Shown piece by piece: positions 41,265-49,863 of a DNA stretch of 64,000 bases (within the stretch, counting starts at the first letter, position 1; every line of letters begins with the position of its first letter). The DNA comes from a virus. The stretch lies in the IMG/VR virus record IMGVR_UViG_3300034418_006779, positions 45,079 through 109,078 of that record, one strand, 5' to 3'. The notes under the pieces are model-generated. The model saw only the letters and a program-made list of their open reading frames with translations, made no database searches and was not told the origin of the DNA. A program made the translations under genes and the position numbers.

Positions 41265-41753
41265 TTATTGAAGCTTAGACATCTCTAGCTTAGACCGAAG
41301 CTCGGTCATTGTAGCAGGAGATTGACTAATACCAGAAGAATTTATCTCCTGGATTCGTTTCTTCAACACTTTCAAGAGGTGCTCAACGGTTCCGGTTGTG
41401 AGGTGTCGTGACGCCTCCTCTAGGAACCCCTCTCGCTTCGATGCGAGGTTAAGCAGTCTGGATATGAATGATCCAGCTCTTTCTACGGAGTTACGAAGAA
41501 GTGTGTTGATAAAACGAACAAAGTTCATTCTGCCAACATTATATGAATTATCCATCATAGATAATCCTTTCTCTGTAAGTCTAAACGGGTTTTCAGAGTC
41601 GATATAACCCTGTTCTTGGAGGAACGCTAGTTCATCCTTGAAAACTAAAAGAGTTTCTTCAATTTGGTCTCGGTTTTCTATCTTGTAGAAAATCATCTTC
41701 AGGAGACCTTCGTAAAATTTGGTTTGGTAAAAGGTTAAGTTAACTTCGTTCAT
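41265..41753 (-). CDS. Hypothetical protein (possible winged-helix N-terminus)
   Basis: LQEQGYI...FRLTEKG pattern. Confidence 0.55.
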   Translation of the reverse strand: MNEVNLTFYQTKFYEGLLKMIFYKIENRDQIEETLLVFKDELAFLQEQGYIDSENPFRLTEKGLSMMDNSYNVGRMNFVRFINTLLRNSVERAGSFISRLLNLASKREGFLEEASRHLTTGTVEHLLKVLKKRIQEINSSGISQSPATMTELRSKLEMSKLQ

Positions 41754-42357
41754 CTAATTCATCTTCATTTGAGATTTTAGTTTCTATAAAATCCGGATGA
41801 AGGGGGTATCTCTCTTCAACTGGTTTGCTATACCAGCTCATGAAAGATTCACCATTATACCATCTAACTTTAGTAAGCTCTTTATCGAGGTTTATTTGTA
41901 CCACGTCAAGAGGCTTCTTCTGTTTAACAGGCTCGTAAGTTCTATCGAAAGAACGAGTAGCTGAGACCTCAAGAATTTTAACATTCTCATCTTGGTCTGG
42001 GACAGTAATGTTCAAAGAGTCATCTACAAACTCCACACTGTACGAATCTTTGAAACGTAGTGGCTGTCTGTATCTGGTCTTTTTTCCATCTTCTTCAGTT
42101 TTTTCAAACAAAGCAATGACTTTGCTAGTATCATTGGTAGGTCTGAATGTCCGATTATGCAGAGCCCAGTCAGAGGCGATTCTTTGATCTTCAATGACTT
42201 TTCTCTTTTGTGCGGAACTTAATTTTCTCCACTCATCCGGTGAGTGAGATTTTCCATCATTCAAGTTATTTAGCCAAGCTAATACTTGACGGATAGAAAA
42301 ATTCAAGTTGTTGTGGACTATCTCGTAGTCCTTAATAGTAGGTTCAGTAAATTTCAT
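41740..42357 (-). CDS. Hypothetical protein
   Basis: Likely start MKFTE. Confidence 0.65.
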   Translation of the reverse strand: MKFTEPTIKDYEIVHNNLNFSIRQVLAWLNNLNDGKSHSPDEWRKLSSAQKRKVIEDQRIASDWALHNRTFRPTNDTSKVIALFEKTEEDGKKTRYRQPLRFKDSYSVEFVDDSLNITVPDQDENVKILEVSATRSFDRTYEPVKQKKPLDVVQINLDKELTKVRWYNGESFMSWYSKPVEERYPLHPDFIETKISNEDELDERS

Positions 42358-42393
42358 TTTGTCTTCAGTTAAGGGTAAAAAATAGTAAAAGAC

Positions 42394-42429
42394 GATATAA
42401 GATAGCAAAAAGTTGGAACAAAACCAAGA
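42394..42429 (-). promoter_or_regulatory. Bacteroidota-type promoter candidate
   Basis: TTTG ... TTTTTGCTATCTTA resembles the -33 TTTG / -7 TAnnTTTG consensus. Confidence 0.35.
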
Positions 42430-42483
42430 AATTCTTGGCTTTGCTCCTCACGTCTTTATTCAGGTATCATGATTCTACAGGGA

Positions 42484-42780
42484 TCAGGCAGGCATCCCCC
42501 CTGAGGGGAGAGTTCCAACAACTACAAGTCGTCGGAGGCGCTGGCTAATATCAACTAAGGCATCCTCTGGGAGCGTAGCTACCAAAGGAGGTGTATGCAA
42601 GACCTTAGGAGGATTCTCCCAAGGTGGAATTGCAGGGGAAACGATTTCCGTAGCTGTGATAAGAGGGGGATGGGATGTGTCTTGGGTTGGGGGTCTTGCG
42701 ATCCCCAGACTGAATGCCATCAGCAATGCTAATAGCAAAATTTGTAATCTTTTCATGTCAATCACTTGTTCAGTGTTCAA
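42484..42780 (-). CDS. Small secreted Pro-rich protein
   Basis: MKRLQILLLALLMAFSLGIA signal peptide. Confidence 0.5.
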   Translation of the reverse strand: MNTEQVIDMKRLQILLLALLMAFSLGIARPPTQDTSHPPLITATEIVSPAIPPWENPPKVLHTPPLVATLPEDALVDISQRLRRLVVVGTLPSGGMPA

Positions 42781-42959
42781 ATTTCTTCACAGTGTTGTAT
42801 CGGGGTCGGTAACGACATTAACCGATCTCTTCTACTTAACTCTCAATTCGGCATCGTAAGGGGTAATGCAGCTTGATCCGCAGATCTTCTGCATCCAGCC
42901 TTCGTAATCACTTAGAGAGTGGTGGGACAAAGTCCAGTACATTTCCGCAAATTAATGAA

Positions 42960-43439
42960 TCACGCAGCCTTTTTCGTCTCGTCAAGACTAGCTTCCGCAA
43001 GCTGTTGCTCGCGCTCCCTAGCCTGCTTTTGCTGCTCCAGCCTTACAATCTGCTTCCGGTAAAAGGGTTTGTTCCCCCCTGCACGAATATTACGTCTCCT
43101 GCTAGCACGGTTTTCATCGAGGAGAGAGACGAACTTCGTACGATTCTGCCGTAAAAGAGCATTACGCTCGGCATCATACACAGGAGTTTCGATTGGGACA
43201 ATCTTTACATTCCGGTTCGCCTTGATTCGAGCTCGCTGAGCAGCCCTTCGCTTCAGCTCTTTCTGATGAGCCTCCTCTGCTGCTAATTTATTTTTTCTGT
43301 TCTCGAGCTTAGACTTACTCCTGTTACTCATACGAGCAAATAGGAGAAGTTGGTCAATAAACTTTTGAGATCTCGTCAGGAGATAATTACCTCGAAATCG
43401 AGGTCCGCTTTTCTTGCGTTCAAGTCGTGATTTACGCAT
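42960..43439 (-). CDS. Highly basic hypothetical protein (C-terminal AA)
   Basis: Arg/Lys-rich 159-aa ORF. Confidence 0.65.
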   Translation of the reverse strand: MRKSRLERKKSGPRFRGNYLLTRSQKFIDQLLLFARMSNRSKSKLENRKNKLAAEEAHQKELKRRAAQRARIKANRNVKIVPIETPVYDAERNALLRQNRTKFVSLLDENRASRRRNIRAGGNKPFYRKQIVRLEQQKQAREREQQLAEASLDETKKAA

Positions 43440-43486
43440 TAAATAAATTGTTTAACGGATTAAAAGAAAACTTAAAAGTAAAAACG

Positions 43487-43659
43487 GGCGCGAGTGAGTG
43501 ATTCACTCTAACCGGAGGTTCTACCCTCTGGGGCCCTTACCAGTTACGGGTTTTTAAACTGGCGCAGCCCAGGACTCACACATCTTATCAGAGTCACCAA
43601 CACTCCAAGAAAAAGAATATTGTCCCTCCAAACGCAATGGCATCGGTTATACTCGCGCC
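43487..43659 (-). ncRNA. Structured intergenic RNA candidate
   Basis: 9-bp closing helix ggcgcgagt/actcgcgcc with internal hairpins. Confidence 0.4.
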
Positions 43660-43684
43660 GGTATCATTGTTCAATAAAAAGAAG

Positions 43685-44110
43685 GGGGGCTATGCCCCAA
43701 TAAGTCAGATGTTCTATGACGACTTCGTCCAGCTCCCTTTCAGGTTTTCCCACTCCACAAGGAAGTGTTGAGATAGGCGAAACTCTCTCGAGCAAGTCGT
43801 ATCAGGATGCTCGTCTTCTGTCCATTCCGGACCTGTTCAGTACGTCAACATATAACTCCTGCATGATTAGTACAGTTTGCCCCCTATCGCCGCTCTACCA
43901 GATTGGCGTACTCCTAAATAGGAGAGAGGATTCGAACCTCCACATCGACATTGTAATTAGCCGACTCCACGATATTTTAAGCGCACGGCGAGTTCATAAC
44001 GCTCGCGCCCCTTGCGGGGAAAATACAGTCGTCAGTCCGGGACGTGACCTGCCTACGTACGCCGATCCCGAGGATCCCGCCCTGGCTTGCGCTCAGAGCT
44101 TTCGAGAATT
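43685..44110 (-). ncRNA. About 420-nt structured RNA candidate containing a permuted tRNA domain
   Basis: Long-range helix TGACGACT/AGTCGTCA, GCAA tetraloop hairpins, terminator-like hairpin plus T-run at the 3' end. Confidence 0.55.
43885..43950 (-). ncRNA. Circularly permuted tRNA-like domain (T arm - closed acceptor stem - D arm)
   Basis: TGTCG ATGT GGAGG TTCGAAT CCTCT CTCCTAT|TTAGGAG TA CGCC AATCTGGTAG AGCG G CGATA. Confidence 0.8.
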
Positions 44111-44115
44111 TCTCT

Positions 44116-44346
44116 TTATACTCTACGTCCAACATCAAGTCGAGCGTAGCGTCTTGAAGCCAATGAATGGCCTCGACCTTGCGAAATCATAGAATTATAA
44201 TCCCCTCTACGAGGATCTGACTTTCTCCAATAAGTATTGGATCGTTCTTTACTTTTAGCTCTGCCAATCAGCGCCAACGTAGTGAGAATAAGTGCCATGG
44301 AAAGTACATAGTTTCCAGGCATTCCGAATATTGTGAATAATAACAT
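44116..44346 (-). CDS. Small membrane protein
   Basis: Hydrophobic N-terminus, basic tail. Confidence 0.45.
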   Translation of the reverse strand: MLLFTIFGMPGNYVLSMALILTTLALIGRAKSKERSNTYWRKSDPRRGDYNSMISQGRGHSLASRRYARLDVGRRV

Positions 44347-44464
44347 GGTTTCGATCTTTTGTGGTTAAAAGATAAAGGGGCCGTCTCATCGAGACGTACC
44401 CCAGTACCTTGCGCGTTAAACATCAGAAGTAAGATTCCGGGGGTTGGATAGCCACGCTGTCGGG

Positions 44465-44764
44465 CTATTCGGGAGCGTCATCGAACTCCGCGCTTCCGTA
44501 AAGTATTCGAGACATGAATGGTTTTACGGATCTTTCCTCTTCTTCGTTCTGTTCTTGCACGTATATGTCGTTTTCGGAAGGAGTGATGCTATCACCACCT
44601 AACAGCCAGATACCGACTAACATTGATATACTACCGAGGGCGGAAAACAATGATGGTCCGCCAGTCATGATATCGTTCATTATGAATTTTAAGCGATCTG
44701 GGAAAATTAGGCTAGCGGCAATAGTTGCCATTACCAATCCTATTCCGATTAATTTCCTTTTCAT
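44465..44764 (-). CDS. Small two-TM membrane protein
   Basis: Two hydrophobic segments, acidic tail. Confidence 0.6.
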   Translation of the reverse strand: MKRKLIGIGLVMATIAASLIFPDRLKFIMNDIMTGGPSLFSALGSISMLVGIWLLGGDSITPSENDIYVQEQNEEEERSVKPFMSRILYGSAEFDDAPE

Positions 44765-44769
44765 GGATT

Positions 44770-45130
44770 ATTAGCTAAGGTGCTCTTGTCATGATCAGAT
44801 ATTATCTGCATGAAATCTCAAAGAAATAATTTCTGGAATCTATCCTTGATAGATCCTCCAAGTAGTCTCAGTGGACTACACTCTTATAGTAATTCGAATA
44901 AGCGGCCTCCTACCAACTTTCGTTTTCAAAGGGAGGGAACTTAGCGCCCTAACGGGCATAGACGCCTGTACACAAGCCATCTCTCTGTCTACGTCCTTAC
45001 TAGATTTCACCTAGTAGGACTTATATCAAATTACCAAGAATACGTTCGCGCATCTTACCATAACAGTGTACTTAATCTCAGCCTTTGGACAGCTATATTG
45101 ATAAGTTCTTATCATGGGGATACTGGGGGT
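44770..45130. ncRNA. Hairpin-dense intergenic RNA candidate
   Basis: At least six inverted repeats in an ORF-free stretch. Confidence 0.35.
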
Positions 45131-45260
45131 GTTTTTGAATCGTCTTTTGTTCGTGAAAGATAAATTAAAGGGTAAGAACGGCCTCTTATCTGAATGGACC
45201 AGCTCTCAAAAACAAACATTACAATGTGATACCGGGCTAAGGTAAGAAAAGACGTGTATC

Positions 45261-45869
45261 TTAAGCGGCTGACCGCTTAGTATTCTTTTTTTTGACCCAA
45301 CAATTGTTGTTAGGGTCGAAGGTGTGCAAAGCATTACCAATGGATGCTCTGACTGGATGGGAATCCAGCTTAGAGATTGATAATGCAATAGTTTTTGGTA
45401 TGGAAAAATTCGCCATTGTCATTTTTGTGCGGTTAATTGAAAACAGGTTAGGACTAACCCCCTCAGTGATTACCGCCATACCTTTTGCGTCGAAGAACTG
45501 GGTTCGTCGTGCATTGGGTAAGAAACCAAATTTGTGAAACTCAGAAATGAGAATCGACATTTTGGTGCTCCCGTTTGGAGTACAAAACATTTGAATCCGA
45601 TCTCTATGAAATCGAAAGTTTGCTGAGCAATTTGGGAAAATTATCTCATTCTCTCCTACAAAATGGTATTGCGGAGGCTCCTCCATTGCTTTGTCATTAT
45701 ACATAACGTGCACTGGAAAATTGTTGACTATCAAGTCAAACATTCCGTTCGGGGCACTCACCTCAGAATTGAGGGTCCCCGAGATGTAATTTAGCGATAT
45801 CATCGTTTGTCCATTCGGGTTCGTCGTTGAATAATGATACGAGAGATGGTTTGTTATTCCCATTCTCAA
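45261..45869 (-). CDS. Hypothetical protein (C-terminal AA)
   Basis: Start uncertain. Confidence 0.6.
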   Translation of the reverse strand: MRMGITNHLSYHYSTTNPNGQTMISLNYISGTLNSEVSAPNGMFDLIVNNFPVHVMYNDKAMEEPPQYHFVGENEIIFPNCSANFRFHRDRIQMFCTPNGSTKMSILISEFHKFGFLPNARRTQFFDAKGMAVITEGVSPNLFSINRTKMTMANFSIPKTIALSISKLDSHPVRASIGNALHTFDPNNNCWVKKKNTKRSAA

Positions 45870-46413
45870 GTATCGAGATGAATTTTCTTTGCTTCAACCT
45901 GTTCAGCTCCTCTTTAACAACTCTCTTAGGTTGAGGCAAAAGCGTATACCGAAAGAGTTCGACAAAAATATCAGATGATATTTTTTGCTGGTACTCACTT
46001 CGATCATGAATCATAGCGACATTATTAAGTACATTAATAATCGCTGCCCGCGCACTATCTGTATCTATCACAACTGTTTTATTTCTGACATTAGGAAGTT
46101 GTACACGAACGTACTCAATTTCCTTTTTTGTCAAACACATGATATCTACAGTCTTCTCATCAATTAATCGTCCTGACCCATAAACATTTCCTTCAAACAA
46201 AGCAAGGGCCGCAAAGTTGACACTTAATAAATAAGTCGCCAGCTCTTGCTTCGTTTGAACTTCCAATAAGGTCTTAATAAAAGGACTCTTTCTGATGATT
46301 CGGTATTTTTCTGGTTCCATGAAAAGATCGTAAGATCTTATGGATCCAAATGATCTCTTTACTCCTCTACGGAGAACAGGAATTTTGTGATCTACGATAA
46401 ATTTATTCGCCAT
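45763..46413 (-). CDS. Hypothetical protein
   Basis: 216-aa ORF. Confidence 0.65.
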   Translation of the reverse strand: MANKFIVDHKIPVLRRGVKRSFGSIRSYDLFMEPEKYRIIRKSPFIKTLLEVQTKQELATYLLSVNFAALALFEGNVYGSGRLIDEKTVDIMCLTKKEIEYVRVQLPNVRNKTVVIDTDSARAAIINVLNNVAMIHDRSEYQQKISSDIFVELFRYTLLPQPKRVVKEELNRLKQRKFISILENGNNKPSLVSLFNDEPEWTNDDIAKLHLGDPQF

Positions 46414-47072
46414 GTCTTCTTTTTTGCTCCGCGTTGTACGGAATAGATTTGAGAAAAATAATGTTGAAATAAGCCATGTTCAATGAGATACGCAATCGCT
46501 GTAGGAGTACGCAAAATCTCATGGGGAAACAAGGTGAACTTGTCATTCACATCTCGTACCCAGGTTTCAATTGGGTTGAGTCTGAACCAGCCGTGGTTGG
46601 GGTAACGCTTCTTAAGCGCTTCCATCTCTAACCCGGCCGATTTTTCAATGTACTCGATAGCCTCTAATCTTTTGATTCCTGTCTTCAAGAGACCTTCCTC
46701 ATAAGCTAACAAACGGATGTTAGAGGCTATGTAAGAATTGTAAACTCCTAAGTAGAAGTCTATAGGCATTTTCCGAGGACTAAGCTTTACACTAATGTCT
46801 TTCGGTTCCAACGGGTATTGTTCCTCAAGAATCGTAGGATAACACTCTAAAATAGGAGTGTAAATTCCTGCTCCTTGTAGATTAAGAAAAGATCGAACAG
46901 TGCCGATAATTTTCTGGTTAAGTTCCTCGATGCTTTCAGCTTTCATGAACAAGTCATAGTGGTGAAGATCTTGGTTCTTTTCCAAAAAGTTGAACAGCAT
47001 TGCGTAAGCATTATATAAATGCTCTTGTTTGAGATCAGCCAAATGACTGAGTACGCCTTCCTTTGTGATCAT
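46392..47072 (-). CDS. Hypothetical protein
   Basis: 226-aa ORF. Confidence 0.65.
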   Translation of the reverse strand: MITKEGVLSHLADLKQEHLYNAYAMLFNFLEKNQDLHHYDLFMKAESIEELNQKIIGTVRSFLNLQGAGIYTPILECYPTILEEQYPLEPKDISVKLSPRKMPIDFYLGVYNSYIASNIRLLAYEEGLLKTGIKRLEAIEYIEKSAGLEMEALKKRYPNHGWFRLNPIETWVRDVNDKFTLFPHEILRTPTAIAYLIEHGLFQHYFSQIYSVQRGAKKKTWRINLS

Positions 47073-47100
47073 TGAAAATAAATTTGTTTGTTTAAAAATG

Positions 47101-47144
47101 CTGGATGGAGAGGAATCGAACCTCTCTTAAGACCGTCCATCCAG
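47101..47144 (-). ncRNA. tRNA minihelix-like element (acceptor stem plus T arm only)
   Basis: CTGGATGG ACGGTCTTAAG AGAGG TTCGATT CCTCT CCATCCAG. Confidence 0.7.
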
Positions 47145-47282
47145 TGTCGGGCACCATGCTTCCCTATTCAGGTTAGAATCATGGCCGGGGCGGTAACTGC
47201 GTCACCACTGTCTTGCACAATAGCTCTCCTTTCGGAGGGGAATCCAAAACTTTCTGTTCCCTAGACCCGTTGCCCTTGGTTG

Positions 47283-47630
47283 TTACATTGATTGTACAAT
47301 TTTCTTTACGAATTCCTGTTGATGTGGTTGAAGGGTTTCTAAATAAGTTTCCCATTGCGATTCAGAGACTTTTGATGGATTGACTAGTCTAGCCCAATCC
47401 AAAGTATCTGCTCCCGCAAAAACTAAATCCCTTTCTTGTAACATAACAGGGTCGACCAGATAAAGATTTCCTAACAAGTGACTAAACGCAGTCATATTAT
47501 GAGGATTCTCTGCACGATCTAATGTTAGCAATCCGTTTATCAAATTAAACTTGATAAACTCTTGCTTTGAAAGAACTGCTTTCATGGTTGTTGAATTTAA
47601 CGTACTGTAAAAACGAATAGGGGCGATCAT
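47283..47630 (-). CDS. Hypothetical protein
   Basis: Probable start MKAVL. Confidence 0.6.
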   Translation of the reverse strand: MIAPIRFYSTLNSTTMKAVLSKQEFIKFNLINGLLTLDRAENPHNMTAFSHLLGNLYLVDPVMLQERDLVFAGADTLDWARLVNPSKVSESQWETYLETLQPHQQEFVKKIVQSM

Positions 47631-47774
47631 CGATCACGTCAGGAGATGAACCCGATAAGACACCCGTGTAGGTACCCTTCAGGTGTCTCAACCCTATTCA
47701 TTAAATTACCCCTAAAGGTTCCGAGGAACACACCCCTCTACCAAGATGAAAACTATGGCGAGGGCAGTAGGGGT

Positions 47775-48488
47775 TTAAGGCATGACATAAATTTTATGCC
47801 ACGTATCTTGTCGGAGCATCGCATATAAGGTATTTGCTTGCAAGTAATCTGCATGCATTAACCCTTGTTGCGTGATCCGATACAGGTCAATTTGTGGAGT
47901 TTCCGGTTCAACTTCAGCGAAAGCTTGAGAGATGATTCTCCCGTCGAAATCGATTTCCCGAATCTCTACTAATCGACAATGAGGATTTGAAGTACTATAC
48001 CCCATCTCTTGAGTTATAGCCTCGAATTCCCCATCAAGGTATATTTCGTAACATTCTCCTTCGAGTTCTCCGCCCCAGTTGAGATATATAAAGTTACCTC
48101 TCCTTTTGGCTTCAAGACTTGATTTATTAATAGAGAACGCTGAACAATTTTGAGCATAGATTTGACTCAAATGGAATATAGCAATGCCTGTAGGTCCTCG
48201 CATCAAAGTAACCGAGAAGGTCACAAATTGATTGGGAGCTGTAGCAAATTGAAATCTGTAAAGCTCTCGCTTTTGATTATCAATCGGTACATAGACATTG
48301 CCGAAGAACGCAGATTGGGCGACGAGCGTATCGCCTACCTGAACCTGCGCTGTATCAACCTCAACCTGTATATATTGTACAGGGAGGCCATTTACGCAAT
48401 CAGACCCCAACAGGGTGACTGACTGAATCTGTGCTGACAACGGCACCAAGGCCAAAAGCAGCATGAATAGTAGCATTAGCTTCTTCAT
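47775..48488 (-). CDS. Secreted protein resembling Bacteroidota T9SS cargo
   Basis: Signal peptide MKKLMLL...LSA-Q; L.W...E...YEI...DG.F...EIDFDG Ig-like module; KIYV-type C-terminus. Confidence 0.55.
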   Translation of the reverse strand: MKKLMLLFMLLLALVPLSAQIQSVTLLGSDCVNGLPVQYIQVEVDTAQVQVGDTLVAQSAFFGNVYVPIDNQKRELYRFQFATAPNQFVTFSVTLMRGPTGIAIFHLSQIYAQNCSAFSINKSSLEAKRRGNFIYLNWGGELEGECYEIYLDGEFEAITQEMGYSTSNPHCRLVEIREIDFDGRIISQAFAEVEPETPQIDLYRITQQGLMHADYLQANTLYAMLRQDTWHKIYVMP

Positions 48489-48705
48489 GACAGTACGTAA
48501 TGGTTTTGTTGTTATTAATATGACAGAAGATTGCATTAATGGTGGTCGCTGCTTCTTCTGCGGTAAGAAGTTTGATAGAATACCCAACGGTATCCATAAA
48601 CAATCTGCGTATCTCAGCCTTTGTCAGAGCGAGTTCATACAGAAAATGGAGCGCTACGTCTTCGACGAAACACGCAATATTATCTTTCGTTTGCTTAGTA
48701 TGCAT
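48400..48705 (-). CDS. Hypothetical protein
   Basis: TGATG coupling to the upstream gene. Confidence 0.5.
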   Translation of the reverse strand: MHTKQTKDNIACFVEDVALHFLYELALTKAEIRRLFMDTVGYSIKLLTAEEAATTINAIFCHINNNKTITYCHEEANATIHAAFGLGAVVSTDSVSHPVGV

Positions 48706-49031
48706 CAGTTATCACTATAAGAAAATGGAAAAGATGAGAATAAAGTCTGCTCAAGTGGGCCGGTTGCTAACATTCCTGGAAACGTAATCCTAGGAAATAA
48801 GAAAGGTTTTGGTTTATACTCTTTAAATAACAACCGTCTTTCGTACTCCATCTCCACACAATCTTTGGTGAATTTTTGAAGTGCTGGATGCATTGCGTCT
48901 ACGCGTATACCGTATCTACGATATATAGTGTTATAATCACTGACCTCATACAACGGATTCGTAATTATCTCGTCCGCTGCCATCGGTGCGTAGACATTTA
49001 TCACTTGTATAATAAATGCTGTATTGAACAT
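48705..49031 (-). CDS. Hypothetical protein
   Basis: TAATG coupling to the upstream gene. Confidence 0.55.
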   Translation of the reverse strand: MFNTAFIIQVINVYAPMAADEIITNPLYEVSDYNTIYRRYGIRVDAMHPALQKFTKDCVEMEYERRLLFKEYKPKPFLFPRITFPGMLATGPLEQTLFSSFPFSYSDN

Positions 49032-49222
49032 TACTCTATATAATAATCATCTTTCTCATACTTGCCCATCACTCTGATGAACCATATGAACGAAAGAATG
49101 GTAGCTCCAAGAGGCCAGCGAAGTTGAATATCAAAGATATCAAATATGCTAGCAGCCAGGAGGGCGGCACTGAAAAGGAGTGCGGCCATACTAATAAAAA
49201 ATTGAATGTCAGTTCTTTTCAT
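49031..49222 (-). CDS. Small two-TM membrane protein
   Basis: Two hydrophobic helices. Confidence 0.55.
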   Translation of the reverse strand: MKRTDIQFFISMAALLFSAALLAASIFDIFDIQLRWPLGATILSFIWFIRVMGKYEKDDYYIE

Positions 49223-49284
49223 GACTTAAGTGTTAAAGAGAAGGACCCCGAAGGGTCCAACTCAACATGGCGAAAAAAGGATTC

Positions 49285-49779
49285 TTAGAAGTTGCTTGGG
49301 TCAAAAGCAACATCGCGTGCGTGAGCACGAGTGTATTTCCGGATCATCATATAGATCTCACCGAGGTTACTATAAAATTTCTCTTGCTGAGATTCTTCAG
49401 CGAGAGGACCGGGGCGATCCATACCTATGATGGTGATACGGAAGGAGAATTCCTGCTTTGTAGGCTCGGGTACTCCAGGTACAAATACAATGATCTCAAG
49501 ACCTTTGTTTGCGGCCTGGATTTCAGGGATAACAACGTCTTGCAAGAAATTGCGATATTGACTGTCATTCTCAAAAGGGTTTTCAATGAACGTCCCCTCG
49601 GGGTTCGAATCATTTCCTTTTGTCAGTCTGAGATGGTCCTTGAGGAGGACGGGTTTCTTAACTCCGAAACATGGTTTGCCTTCGAATCCAAAGCTGCCAA
49701 AGCGGCCTTTAAGGGACTCTCTGCGAATTTCGGTGTTAATAGCATTGTCTTGGTCGACGGGAATCACTTTTGATGTCAT
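49285..49779 (-). CDS. Hypothetical protein
   Basis: Likely start MTSKVIP, after a terminator-like hairpin at about 49818-49844. Confidence 0.6.
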   Translation of the reverse strand: MTSKVIPVDQDNAINTEIRRESLKGRFGSFGFEGKPCFGVKKPVLLKDHLRLTKGNDSNPEGTFIENPFENDSQYRNFLQDVVIPEIQAANKGLEIIVFVPGVPEPTKQEFSFRITIIGMDRPGPLAEESQQEKFYSNLGEIYMMIRKYTRAHARDVAFDPSNF

Positions 49780-49863
49780 GATTGAGAAAATTAAATTAAT
49801 TAATAATGATAAAAGATATAGGGTGGTCCGAATGACCACCCTATGTAAAAAAGAACTAAAATT

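Noticed and set aside
43685-44110. Permuted group I intron, group II intron or RNase P RNA around the permuted tRNA
   Set aside because: I could not find the P/Q/R/S elements, domain V or the RNase P P4 consensus by eye.
43716-44192. 158-aa + strand ORF
   Set aside because: Antisense to a - strand transcription unit and overlapping structured RNA; no protein motif.
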